Shown in pieces: positions 27,243 through 36,293 of a DNA stretch of 64,000 nucleotides (its first letter is position 1; every line of letters starts with the position of its first letter). The position numbers were made by a program, and so were the translations under genes. Source of the stretch: Vulcanimicrobiales bacterium (GTDB lineage Bacteria; Vulcanimicrobiota; Vulcanimicrobiia; Vulcanimicrobiales; Vulcanimicrobiaceae); the NCBI GenBank assembly GCA_038231455.1, contig JBBRLI010000001.1, positions 160,001 to 224,000 of the forward strand, written 5' to 3'. The notes below the pieces were generated by a model. It did not search any database and had not been told where the DNA came from. It saw only the letters and a list, made by a program, of their open reading frames with translations.

Positions 27243-28007
27243 TCAGTAATGCGGCAGCGATGCGCCGTTGAGCGCAGTTACGATCAACGCTCGCGCATAC
27301 GCTATATCGACGCTTACTGGTGTCACGAAGGCCATTCCGCGACGCCAACGTTCCGTCGCCTCCACGTGGACGCCGCTTAAGATAACCCGACCTCGTCCGA
27401 AAGAACCCTCGACAATTGCGGCAGTCCCATCTGGATACTTTCCAACGACATCACCCCACCCGGAAAGTTGCGGCCCGTCCTCCAAGTAGTGATCGAACAC
27501 TGCCCCATCCGCGTTACGAATCCTAACGGCTACCTTTCGAATACCGTTCATTTCTGCTGAATAAAAGCCGAATTTCACGCCCGAGCTAAGATCAAAACTC
27601 TTATACGGCGCAGGGAAACTGCCCGCGAGGAAGCCACCCGCACAGATTCCGAGATAGTTAAGGCCACGCTTCACCGCGTTGCGAACATTGGACGTCGTGC
27701 CAGCGGTCAGGCTATTGCCCATTTTGACAAAATCCCCACCAGGCACGATGAGCAGGCGGTATTCGAAAATCTGCGATTCGGTCATTCCATTCAATTGTGA
27801 CGAGCTCACAATCGAATAGCGGATGTGGCCGCTTTTGAGAATTGCTTCCAACGCTGCGCTATCGTTCGCGGAAGTCCCAGCGCCAGCGAATAAGAGAACT
27901 GGGGCAATTACGTTTGCGCGTGCGGGCGGCGCAACGCTCGTCGCTAGCGAAGCGATGACCAAACTCGCCCAAAAATATCTAATGGGAGTTGCAAGTTTGC
28001 GGCGCAT
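27243..28007 (-). CDS. BPL_N-like (class I glutamine amidotransferase fold) secreted protein
   Basis: Signal peptide; LLIVPGG, GLNYLGICAGGFLAG and GRVILSGVHVE motifs; lower GC than neighbours. Confidence 0.7.
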   Translation of the reverse strand: MRRKLATPIRYFWASLVIASLATSVAPPARANVIAPVLLFAGAGTSANDSAALEAILKSGHIRYSIVSSSQLNGMTESQIFEYRLLIVPGGDFVKMGNSLTAGTTSNVRNAVKRGLNYLGICAGGFLAGSFPAPYKSFDLSSGVKFGFYSAEMNGIRKVAVRIRNADGAVFDHYLEDGPQLSGWGDVVGKYPDGTAAIVEGSFGRGRVILSGVHVEATERWRRGMAFVTPVSVDIAYARALIVTALNGASLPHY

Positions 28008-28207
28008 TCTGACTCCGATTACGGCGTTCGTCTAGCTCAAGCCGGATACACGAGGCGTTACAACCCCGTTTATCCACGCCCTTCAGCTAGATCTTACCGT
28101 CTTTATTGCTAAGGCGAGAAATGTGCCTTAGCACGGTCGCGAAAATTAAAAATGCACTATCCCGAGTAATCCCATCGTTCTGGGTTCATCGGGAGAGTGC
28201 ATTAACG

Positions 28208-28562
28208 TGGTGGAGCTGTCGGGGAACCGCCCCCCGAGTCCGAAAAGCCGGACTAACGCTTTCTCCAGGCTCAGCTTCGAATTTGTCTTAAGCGCTCGGA
28301 CTTCTCGAAACCGGAATTCCGTTCGCAGCAGCTTCAGTTGATTTGTCGGGCTATTCTCAAAGCGTTGTCTTAGCCGTATCCCGATCTGTTGACGGATAGC
28401 GAGCTGATTCGGGAGACCTCTCGCATACCGTCGCTAACCTAAATTAGGCAGCGAGGGCGTATTCGTTGTTCGCGTGTAAACGCTTGTGATCGTTTTAGGA
28501 GGGCTCACAACTCCGCCTGCTTACGCTAACCGCGGATCATCCCGTCGAAGCTACTCAGCCCC
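28208..28562 (-). ncRNA. ssrA: tmRNA; tag peptide (A)ANNEYALAA encoded at 28473-28444
   Basis: 5' GGGGCTG pairs with 3' CAGCTCC-ACCA (contains the G3.U70 alanine identity pair). 355 nt long; internal frame GCG AAC AAC GAA TAC GCC CTC GCT GCC TAA. Confidence 0.95.
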
Positions 28563-28586
28563 ACGGCATGCCAATGGCAGCACTCT

Positions 28587-28595
28587 ATTCTACCA
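28587..28595 (-). promoter_or_regulatory. Extended -10 promoter element of ssrA (TGgTAGAAT)
   Basis: Near-consensus TAGAAT with TG extension, 24 nt upstream of the mature tmRNA 5' end. Confidence 0.6.
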
Positions 28596-28623
28596 CAAAC
28601 CGTCCAGCTTCACACGCCGGAGG

Positions 28624-29241
28624 CTAGACCTCAGCGCTCACTTGCGTCGGCCCACTGCGCTTGGGCGATCCCTCCGCCGGCTCAATCGTGACCCCGATGC
28701 GATGCGCGTCGCGCACGACGTCGCCCGGCACGATGAGGACTTCGAGTCCGTCGCGCGTACGGTGCAGCATGCCGGGCGAGGAAACGCGCGCGCCGCGCAC
28801 CCAGACTTGATATCCCCGACCGGGGGCGGGCGCGGGGAGTCCGCGCACGATGAACGCCGTTCGCTGACCTTGCGCGCCGACGACGACGCTTCCACTGGCG
28901 CTCGGGCCGCTCAGCGCGATCTCGCGCGGATGATCGGCGACCATCGAGGCGATCGCAGCGAGATCGCCGTCCGGACGCTGCGTGTACGCGAATGTTCCGC
29001 CAACGACACAAGCGACGAGGACGGCAGCGACCGCTTCGCGCCAATACGTTCGCGGTCGAATCGTCGGCGCGGGCGGAGCGCCAGCCTGACGGATCGAGCG
29101 CAGCGATGACATCACAACCGCGTATCGGGCGACGGCATCACGGCATGGTGCGCACGCTGCAAGATGCTCGCGGAAGAGCTGCTCGTCAGCCGGATCGAGC
29201 GCGCCCAAAGCAAAGGCTTCGACATCATCATGAACGCTCAT
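28624..29241 (-). CDS. Anti-sigma factor (ZAS zinc finger, one TM helix, RskA-like C-terminus)
   Basis: FALGALD..EHLAACAPC (HxxxCxxC), a TM segment, GYQVW and GVTIEPAEGSP; ATGA overlap with the sigma gene. Confidence 0.85.
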   Translation of the reverse strand: MSVHDDVEAFALGALDPADEQLFREHLAACAPCRDAVARYAVVMSSLRSIRQAGAPPAPTIRPRTYWREAVAAVLVACVVGGTFAYTQRPDGDLAAIASMVADHPREIALSGPSASGSVVVGAQGQRTAFIVRGLPAPAPGRGYQVWVRGARVSSPGMLHRTRDGLEVLIVPGDVVRDAHRIGVTIEPAEGSPKRSGPTQVSAEV

Positions 29242-29804
29242 GAGATCGCCTCCGCGCCTTCTATCGAGCGACGCAAATGTTGCATTGCCAACCGCACGCG
29301 GCTCTTCACCGTACCAAGGGGCGCGCCGACGACGTGCGCGATTTCCGTTTGCGTGAGTCCGCCAAAGTACGCAAGTTCGATCACCGCGCGCTGTTCCGAA
29401 TCGAGATCGTCGAGTGCACGCCGGATGTCGCGTTCGAGTTGATGTTGCATGGCTATCTCGGCGGGTCCGCCGCCATCAGCTGCCCGCTCGCGAGTTGCAT
29501 CGAGTTCGACCATCGGACGCGCCCGACGTTGACGATCGATTGCCGCATTGCGCAATACGGTCAAAAGCCACGGCCGAATGCCGCTGCCGACGATACTGCC
29601 CGCGCGCGTCCAAAGAGCGAGAAAGGTTTGTTGTGTGAGGTCGTCTGCCGTCGAACGATCCGCGCAGACGCGCGATGCGAACGCGAAAACCGCCGCGCTA
29701 TGGCGGCGGTACAGTTCCTCGAACGCATCGGCGCGACGCGCGACGACGAGACGCAAGAGCGCCCCATCATCAAGTGCGTTTATTTGCTCGAGAGATCGCC
29801 GCAC
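29238..29804 (-). CDS. ECF RNA polymerase sigma factor (SigK-like)
   Basis: AFEELYRRH, ADDLTQQTFLALW, WLLTVLRNAAID and IELAYFGGLTQTEIA..PLGTVKSRVR motifs; start uncertain. Confidence 0.88.
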   Translation of the reverse strand: MRRSLEQINALDDGALLRLVVARRADAFEELYRRHSAAVFAFASRVCADRSTADDLTQQTFLALWTRAGSIVGSGIRPWLLTVLRNAAIDRQRRARPMVELDATRERAADGGGPAEIAMQHQLERDIRRALDDLDSEQRAVIELAYFGGLTQTEIAHVVGAPLGTVKSRVRLAMQHLRRSIEGAEAIS

Positions 29805-30196
29805 GCAACGTACGTCGGAATGTCGGACGTTGATTTATGCACGTTGACCGCAAAGCCGCCGGCGACAAGGTCTTTCATCGGCATGGCGACCATCGAGGTC
29901 GAGACGCCATCGACGAGTACCACGAGCGGATACTTGGGTTTGGGGTTGAGTTTTGCGCACGAACCTTCGTGAATGTGAGCTGGCTGCGGCGTATCGCCGG
30001 GCGAATTGACGAGCGCGACTTCGACGCGCGTTTTGTCACCGAGCGCGGTGAGCGTCACGGTTCCGGTTTCGCCCGATCCGTTCTGTGCAGTCATGGTGAA
30101 CACGCGGTGATCGACTTCGGCCGATGCCGGGAGGGCGAGCGTGCCGAGTACGGCCGCGGCCGTCAAGGTCGCGAAAAAACGTGCGGAAATCTTCAT
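29780..30196 (-). CDS. Secreted CHRD-like/His-Cys small protein
   Basis: Signal peptide ending PASA; QPAHIHEGSC, AVNVHKS and YVACGDL motifs. Confidence 0.65.
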   Translation of the reverse strand: MKISARFFATLTAAAVLGTLALPASAEVDHRVFTMTAQNGSGETGTVTLTALGDKTRVEVALVNSPGDTPQPAHIHEGSCAKLNPKPKYPLVVLVDGVSTSMVAMPMKDLVAGGFAVNVHKSTSDIPTYVACGDLSSK

Positions 30197-30231
30197 AGTG
30201 ATCCCTTCGAATCGGAGCGATGTACCACATA

Positions 30232-30257
30232 GACGCACGTGGCGTTGCAGCGGATCA
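30232..30257 (-). promoter_or_regulatory. Putative ECF-sigma promoter TGATCC-N16-CGTC
   Basis: Minus strand gagTGATCCgctgcaacgccacgtgCGTCtat, upstream of the CHRD-sigma-antisigma operon. Resembles SigK-type ECF promoter motifs. Confidence 0.55.
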
Positions 30258-30271
30258 CTCGATTCCGCTGC
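30247..30271 (-). terminator. Hairpin directly after the sorB-like stop codon
   Basis: GCAGCGGA/TCCGCTGC inverted repeat; no clear U-tract. Confidence 0.35.
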
Positions 30272-30273
30272 GC

Positions 30274-30609
30274 TTAGGGTTTGCCGTAATTCGCGGTGAG
30301 GTAGTCCACGAGCTTTGGCACATCGGCATCGGCGATCGGGGCTTTGTAGACGTTCTTCATCTTGTTCACCTCAGCGAGCCACTGGGCTTGCGAGAGCCGC
30401 GGCTGCGTCGAAACGTATGCTGAGGAGTGACAGGTGAGACAATTGACCTGCGCGAGCACGACGCCAGGCGCGTTTTTATAGCCGAAGTCGAGATCGCCGG
30501 GCAGCGTAATTTTCACGACCGAGGCCGGGGTTGTCTTCGGAGCGGCGCCGCTTGCGAGGAGCGAGCCGGCAAAGGCGACGGTTATAGCGGCGAGTGCGAA
30601 GCGCTTCAT
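30274..30609 (-). CDS. sorB: Monoheme cytochrome c, SorB-like
   Basis: Signal peptide; CLTCHS, W..EVNKM..YKAPI; overlaps the Mo-enzyme gene. Confidence 0.8.
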   Translation of the reverse strand: MKRFALAAITVAFAGSLLASGAAPKTTPASVVKITLPGDLDFGYKNAPGVVLAQVNCLTCHSSAYVSTQPRLSQAQWLAEVNKMKNVYKAPIADADVPKLVDYLTANYGKP

Positions 30610-31805
30610 ACGATGGTCACCTTATACGTCTCGATTTGGTTCCGCATGTAGCCGGACGGCTGCCATGTCGGCGTGGCGACTTGGATCGAACCGTCGCCGG
30701 CGGTCGCGCGCGTTGCAAGCGTCATCGTCGAGCCTGCTTTCGGCGTGATTTCGGCCCGGAATTGACGGAACGAAAAGCGTCCAAAATCAGGCCCGAGCGC
30801 GGCGGTATTCCATGAGTCGCCGCCATCGATCGAGTACTCGACTTTCTCGATGCCCGTGCCTTTGTCGAACGCGATTCCACGGATCTCTTGGGCTTTCGGT
30901 GCGAGCACGCTGCCGTTCTTGACGTTGGTTAAAAACGAGCGCACGTTCATCGTGCTAATCGGCACGGTCGGGTAGCCTTTGTCCGTCGGGGCGACCGAAT
31001 TATTCGGCGTGGCGGGAACGCGATAGGCGGTTTTCATCCAGAAATTATCATCGACGTGATCGATCGCTTCGATCGACGAGAGCATCTTGACCCAGTACGT
31101 CGAGTACCAGCCCGGAACGACCAACCGCACGGGAAACCCATTGAGCAGCGGAAGCGGAAAGCCGTTCATCTCGTACGCGACGATCACGTTCTCATCGCGC
31201 GCCATGTCGACATCGAGCGCCTTGATGAAATCGGGCGTGTCGGGTAGCGTCGCTTTGTCGAGACCGTCGAACCGGATCTGCTTCGTGCCCGCGACGATGC
31301 CCGCTTTGGCAAGAATATCCCGCAGACGTGCGCCCTTCCAGCGTGCGTTGCCCATCGCGCCGTTCGTCCATTGACCGCCCGGCACGCGCGGTCCAAAGAA
31401 GCCGCGGCTGTTCCCGGAGCATTGATTGACCGCGATGATTTCAACCGGTTCGAATGCTTTGAGATCGGCGATGGAAAGCGAGAGCGTACGCTCCGTGCCC
31501 GTAACGGCAATCCGGTGTTTCGCCCCGTCGATAACGGTGGGAATGTCCGCATTGTGCCAGCGCACGTAAAACGCATCGTTCGGCGTGAGGATCCCCTCAT
31601 CGAAGACGGAGAACGGCGTCTCGAGTTGCGGCGGCCGCGGCGTAAGAACGATCAGCGGGCGCTTTTGCGGGAACGCGACGAGCGGGCGCTCACCGTTTTC
31701 GAACGGCTGCATGATCCGCGAGTACGCGGCTTCTGCCGAACCGGTAAGAGCGAGGCTCCCGATCGCGGTGCTCGCGCCGACGAGGAAATGGCTGCGTTTT
31801 GGCAT
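30606..31805 (-). CDS. sorA: Sulfite oxidase family molybdoenzyme, SorA-like
   Basis: RPPQLETP, FYVRWH, QCSGNSR (Mo-ligand Cys), GAMGNARWKG and NGFPVRLVVPGWY motifs; GAGGTG SD upstream of ATG 31805. Confidence 0.85.
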   Translation of the reverse strand: MPKRSHFLVGASTAIGSLALTGSAEAAYSRIMQPFENGERPLVAFPQKRPLIVLTPRPPQLETPFSVFDEGILTPNDAFYVRWHNADIPTVIDGAKHRIAVTGTERTLSLSIADLKAFEPVEIIAVNQCSGNSRGFFGPRVPGGQWTNGAMGNARWKGARLRDILAKAGIVAGTKQIRFDGLDKATLPDTPDFIKALDVDMARDENVIVAYEMNGFPLPLLNGFPVRLVVPGWYSTYWVKMLSSIEAIDHVDDNFWMKTAYRVPATPNNSVAPTDKGYPTVPISTMNVRSFLTNVKNGSVLAPKAQEIRGIAFDKGTGIEKVEYSIDGGDSWNTAALGPDFGRFSFRQFRAEITPKAGSTMTLATRATAGDGSIQVATPTWQPSGYMRNQIETYKVTIV

Positions 31806-31839
31806 GAGACCACCTCTTTCAAGTGGGGCAAATTCGCGC

Positions 31840-32607
31840 CTAGCGGATTGACTCCGCTTGGAGCCGCGTGAGGGTCGATTCGCTCGTTCGGTCAACGCGC
31901 AGCGGCGTGACGCTCGCGTACCCGGCGTCGACGACGAGGATGTCCGCGTCGGCGCCGTTATCGCGCGCATCGTGCGTCCCCCAGACCCACGCGTACAGCG
32001 CACGGCCATCGTCGAGCGTCTTGCTCACTCGGTCGGCGTACCGCTTACGACCTTGGCGGGTGTATCGCACGCCGCGTAGTTCGCGTGCGGAGACGTTGGG
32101 CACGTTGATATTGAGGAACACCCCGGGTTCGAGCGGCGTGCGAATCATTGCCTGCGCTTGATCGCAGGCGATCGCCGCGGCGACATCCCAGTAATGCGTG
32201 GACGCCGTTTCGGGCCACGTCGCTGCGAGCGAAACAGCCATTGCCCTCGCGCCAAGAAGAACGCCCTCGACCGCGGCGGCGACGGTTCCGCTATAGCTGA
32301 TGTCATCGGCAAGATTCGCACCGCGATTGATTCCGCTAATGACAAAATCCGGAGCGCCGCCGCAAAATTCGAACGCGCCGAGCACGACACAGTCGGCCGG
32401 TGTGCCGGAACACGCATAGGTCGGAACGTCGCGACCTTCGAGGCGGGTGATCTCCAGCGGATGCGCGATCGAGATCGAGTGGCCAACCCCGCTGCGGTCG
32501 CGATCCGGCGCGACGACCGTTACGTCGCCGAGCGCGCGCATGGCGCTTGCCAGCGCCACGATCCCGGGACTCGTTACGCCGTCATCGTTGACGACGAGGA
32601 TCTTCAC
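31840..32607 (-). CDS. surE: 5'/3'-nucleotidase SurE
   Basis: ILVVNDDG, VVAPDRDRSG, GTPADCV and SGINRGANL..YSGTVAAA motifs; GTGA overlap with the upstream gene. Confidence 0.93.
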   Translation of the reverse strand: MKILVVNDDGVTSPGIVALASAMRALGDVTVVAPDRDRSGVGHSISIAHPLEITRLEGRDVPTYACSGTPADCVVLGAFEFCGGAPDFVISGINRGANLADDISYSGTVAAAVEGVLLGARAMAVSLAATWPETASTHYWDVAAAIACDQAQAMIRTPLEPGVFLNINVPNVSARELRGVRYTRQGRKRYADRVSKTLDDGRALYAWVWGTHDARDNGADADILVVDAGYASVTPLRVDRTSESTLTRLQAESIR

Positions 32608-32954
32608 GCTCTGCGCGCCGGCCGGATCAACTGCGCGAGCAAGAACGAGATGATGCTCAAGACGAGCGCGCCAAGAAACGCCGACCAAAAATTATCGACG
32701 TGCAGCCCAACACCAAACTGCGCGACGACGTAGAACAACGCCGCGTTGATGACGAGCGTGAAGAGACCGAGCGTGATAATTTCGAGCGGCAGGCTCAAGA
32801 GCACGAGGATCGGCTTAATGACGGCGTTGACGATTCCCAAGATGAGCGCCGCTACGATCGCCTCGATAAACCCGCTCACGTGGACACCCGAGACGATGTA
32901 GGGCACGACATAGAGTGCCAGCGCGTTAACGATGAGTCGAATCAGCAGTCCCAT
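32604..32954 (-). CDS. Four-TM 'phage holin family'/YvlD-like membrane protein
   Basis: NAVIKPIL..LSLPL.IITLGLFTLVINA motif. Confidence 0.85.
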   Translation of the reverse strand: MGLLIRLIVNALALYVVPYIVSGVHVSGFIEAIVAALILGIVNAVIKPILVLLSLPLEIITLGLFTLVINAALFYVVAQFGVGLHVDNFWSAFLGALVLSIISFLLAQLIRPARRA

Positions 32955-32957
32955 CGG

Positions 32958-33572
32958 TTACGCCGACTGCAGATAGGTGAAGCGCGACTCTTGCAGCGCG
33001 TTCACTGCAGCGACGCCGGCCGGTACGAGAATCGCACCCGCGATGAAACTGGCGCGTGCACGCGCATAGATTTCGGCCGGCGTCTTCTGCGAGCGGCGAG
33101 CGAGAGCGCCCGTAACGCCGTGCAAGGCGTTGTTGCAGATAAATATCCCGTTCCCCGAAGCGATGAGTTCGCGCGCTTCGGTGCTGTACGGATTGCCGCC
33201 GCTCGTCGTTGCCGACGTGTCGTGAATCTCGGTGAAGTACGCATCGTCCAGCGTGCTTTTCCAAAACGCATCATCCAGACCGAGCAAGACCGCCGGCCCA
33301 AACAGAATCACCGCGGCCGTCAAGTGCGGGTCGCCTGCATCCATCGCGCCGCTCTTATAGGCGTTAGCCGAGTTTGTGGCGTGGTGGAGCACGGTACCCG
33401 AGCGGAGCGAGATCGACCCGAATGCTTGCCGGTGCTTCGCCGTAACGCCGTTGCGAAACGCGTCGAGCGCTTTCGAATCGACTTCCAGCGATTCGGCCGC
33501 GATAACTGTCGCCGGCGCCCCCGTGAGCGCGCTTACCGCGACGCCGGTCCCGATAAAGTTACGTCGGTTCAC
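32958..33572 (-). CDS. Tat-exported DsrE-like protein
   Basis: MNRRNFI twin-arginine leader; FICNNAL and VPAGVAAVNALQE..FTY are DsrE/F-like. Confidence 0.6.
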   Translation of the reverse strand: MNRRNFIGTGVAVSALTGAPATVIAAESLEVDSKALDAFRNGVTAKHRQAFGSISLRSGTVLHHATNSANAYKSGAMDAGDPHLTAAVILFGPAVLLGLDDAFWKSTLDDAYFTEIHDTSATTSGGNPYSTEARELIASGNGIFICNNALHGVTGALARRSQKTPAEIYARARASFIAGAILVPAGVAAVNALQESRFTYLQSA

Positions 33573-33604
33573 GTTTTCTCAATCTCTTTCACAGCAGGCG
33601 GCGG

Positions 33605-35629
33605 TCAGCCACCGAGTCCCGTCTTGACTTGCGCGGCAAGCGCCGGACTCATGCCTTTGACGGCGGCAATTTCATCGACGCTCGCCCGTTTGATCGCCGA
33701 GACCGAGCCGAACGCGACCATGAGCCGCTTTTTCCGCACCGGACCGACCCCTTCGAGTTCGTCCAGCGCGGATTTCGTCATCGCTTTATCACGGCGCTGG
33801 CGATGGTAGGTGATCGCAAAACGGTGCGCCTCATCGCGGATGCGCATGACGAGATGCAACCCCGCGGAGTTGGGCGCGAGAACGATTGGATCGGGGCTCT
33901 CCGGCAGATAGAGCCACTCGTGTTCTTTTGCCAGGCCGACAACGGGGATACCCCACATGTCCATCTCGCGCATGACCTCGACCACGGCGCTCAGTTGGCC
34001 TTTGCCGCCGTCGATGATCAGTAAGTCGGGCTTTTCGTGGAAACGCTCTTTGCGCGCGGCCTGGACTTCCATCGCTGCGGCGGCGGCATCGTCTTCGCCG
34101 ATCGGCGGGCGGTCCGCGTCCGCGCGCAGATACCGCAAGCGACGGCGCAACGTCTCCTGCATCATCGCAAAGTCGTTTGGCCCTTTATCGTACTGAATCT
34201 TGAAGTGCCGGTAGTCGCTTTTTTTTGCGCGACCCTCGATGAACACGACCATGGAACTCACGGCGTTGGTACCTTGGATATTCGAGATATCGTAGCACTC
34301 GATGCGGTGCGGCGGTTCGGGCAGGTCGAGCGCCGTCGCAAGTTCCGTTAGTGCGCTTGCAGAGGCACTCTCGGTTGCTTCTTGATGGACGAGAAACGCT
34401 TTGAGGTTCTGCTCGGCGTTTTTCTTCACGAGTCGCATGTATTCGGCGCGCGGACCGCGCTGCGGCTCAAGGATGCGCACGCGCTGGCCTTTGAGCTGCG
34501 TAAGCCACATCTCGATGACGGATTGATCGTCGGGAAAGGCCTCGATCAGTATTTCTTTCGGAATCGCGGCGGACGCACCGCGTGCGCGACGCTTGGAACG
34601 TTCGCTCACGGCAACCGGCGACTCTTGTCCGCGCGCCCCGCGCAGAGCCGATGGACTGCCGTGGATCTCGGATTCGAATTCCGGTTTCCCGGCATTCCCC
34701 GAGCGCGCGGTGTAAAATTGCTTAAGAAACATCGAGACAATTTCCGCATCGGAGGCATCGGCCGAGCCATCCATGATGAAGTGTTCTTGCCCGAGCAGCT
34801 TGCCGCCGCGCACGAGGAAGACTTGCATGCATGCCTGACCCTGCGCGCGTGCGAACGCGATCAAGTCCATATCCACGCGCGTCGCCCAGACGACTTTTTG
34901 CGATTCGGTCGTGCGTCGTACCGCAATGATCCGGTCGCGCAAGCGCGCCGCTGCCTCGAAGTTATACCCTTCCGAGGCGGCCGACATCTCGTTCTGAAGG
35001 CGGTGGATCAGCGCGTCTTGCTGTCCTTCGAGAAAGAGCACGACCTCATCGACGAGTTCGTCGTAGTCGTCTTCACTCTGATAACCGACGCACGGCGCAA
35101 GGCAACGCTTGATGTGATACTGCAAACACGGGCGCTTGCGTTTGCCGTCGATCGGCTCGCGGCACGTGCGTAGCGGGAAGACGATGCGCACGAGGTCGAT
35201 CAGCTCGCGTAGTCCATGCGCGTTGGTGTACGGACCGAAGTAGCGTGCCCCATCGTCGCGCAGCGTCCGGGTAAACGTGACGCGCGGAAAACGTTCGTTC
35301 GTCACTTTGAGATACGGGAAGCTCTTGTCATCCCGCATGCGCACGTTGAAGAGCGGCTGGTGCCGCTTGATGAGGTTCGCCTCGAGGATCAGCGCTTCGA
35401 TCTCGTTCGTGACAACGATCGTACGCACGTCGACGACGCGCTCGACCATCTTGATCGTGCGGTACGCGTGCGCGGCGCTCTCTTGAAAGTACGATCGCAC
35501 GCGACTGCGCAGCGAGACCGCTTTCCCGATATAGAGAATGCGATCGTCCTTCCCGATCATCTGATAGACGCCGGGAGCATCGGGGATCTGCGCGAGCGTC
35601 CGTTCCAGACGTGAGGGGGCGGTATTCAT
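33605..35629 (-). CDS. uvrC: Excinuclease ABC subunit C
   Basis: PGVYQM..YIGKA..LRSRVRSY (GIY-YIG), RIECYDISN, DGGKGQL, RDEAHRFAI and C-terminal HhH motifs. Confidence 0.96.
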   Translation of the reverse strand: MNTAPSRLERTLAQIPDAPGVYQMIGKDDRILYIGKAVSLRSRVRSYFQESAAHAYRTIKMVERVVDVRTIVVTNEIEALILEANLIKRHQPLFNVRMRDDKSFPYLKVTNERFPRVTFTRTLRDDGARYFGPYTNAHGLRELIDLVRIVFPLRTCREPIDGKRKRPCLQYHIKRCLAPCVGYQSEDDYDELVDEVVLFLEGQQDALIHRLQNEMSAASEGYNFEAAARLRDRIIAVRRTTESQKVVWATRVDMDLIAFARAQGQACMQVFLVRGGKLLGQEHFIMDGSADASDAEIVSMFLKQFYTARSGNAGKPEFESEIHGSPSALRGARGQESPVAVSERSKRRARGASAAIPKEILIEAFPDDQSVIEMWLTQLKGQRVRILEPQRGPRAEYMRLVKKNAEQNLKAFLVHQEATESASASALTELATALDLPEPPHRIECYDISNIQGTNAVSSMVVFIEGRAKKSDYRHFKIQYDKGPNDFAMMQETLRRRLRYLRADADRPPIGEDDAAAAAMEVQAARKERFHEKPDLLIIDGGKGQLSAVVEVMREMDMWGIPVVGLAKEHEWLYLPESPDPIVLAPNSAGLHLVMRIRDEAHRFAITYHRQRRDKAMTKSALDELEGVGPVRKKRLMVAFGSVSAIKRASVDEIAAVKGMSPALAAQVKTGLGG

Positions 35630-35648
35630 CCGCCCGTTCTCTTCGCGT

Positions 35649-36293
35649 TTAGGCGGCGGTCCCGCTTCCGGCATTACGCTTGGCGATGCGCCACCAAATA
35701 ATTCCGCCGACGATCAGCAAGAGGACGATGCCGACGGCAAGCAGCGAGAATTCGTGGAGCGTCGCGACGATCGTATCGATATTCTTGCCGGCCGTCTCGC
35801 CGAGGTAGGCAAGGCCGAAGCAAAAGATTGCCGAGCCGGCTGCCGTGTAGGTGATGAAAAAGCGCTTCTGCATCCGAGAAATACCGGCCGGTAGCGCCGC
35901 GACGCCGCGAATGAACGGGAGGAAGCGACACAAGAAGACGGTCTTTGTCCCTTGGCGTTCGTAAAACGCATGAACGCGCTCGAGTTCGTGCTCGCGGAAG
36001 CGAATGTACTTCCCGTAACGCCGTACGAACGGCACGCCGCCATAATAGCCCACGCTATAAAGGACGATGCCGCCGACGACTTCGGCAACCGTAGCGACCA
36101 AGCCGACCACGACCCAACCCGGAATCACGCCAATGGGCGGTAATGCACCGCTTCCAGCGAGGGCGCCCGCAAAGGGAACGACGATTTCTGTGCCCACCGG
36201 AACGCCAATGTTGCCCAGGGCCATCACAACGAACAAACCCGGGTAACCCGCGTGCACGATCAGAGCGTGAATGAAGTCAGTCAGATGTTGCAG
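35649..36293 (-). CDS. DedA family membrane protein
   Basis: IGVPVGTEIV, FYERQG..VFLCRFLPFIR...PAGISRM. The frame extends to CTG 36293, preceded by AAGGA; first standard start is GTG 36257. Confidence 0.85.
   Translation of the reverse strand: MQHLTDFIHALIVHAGYPGLFVVMALGNIGVPVGTEIVVPFAGALAGSGALPPIGVIPGWVVVGLVATVAEVVGGIVLYSVGYYGGVPFVRRYGKYIRFREHELERVHAFYERQGTKTVFLCRFLPFIRGVAALPAGISRMQKRFFITYTAAGSAIFCFGLAYLGETAGKNIDTIVATLHEFSLLAVGIVLLLIVGGIIWWRIAKRNAGSGTAA

Noticed and set aside
32604-32954. 'Phage holin family' gene as evidence of a prophage
   Set aside because: A YvlD-like family common in housekeeping contexts; no other phage genes are present.
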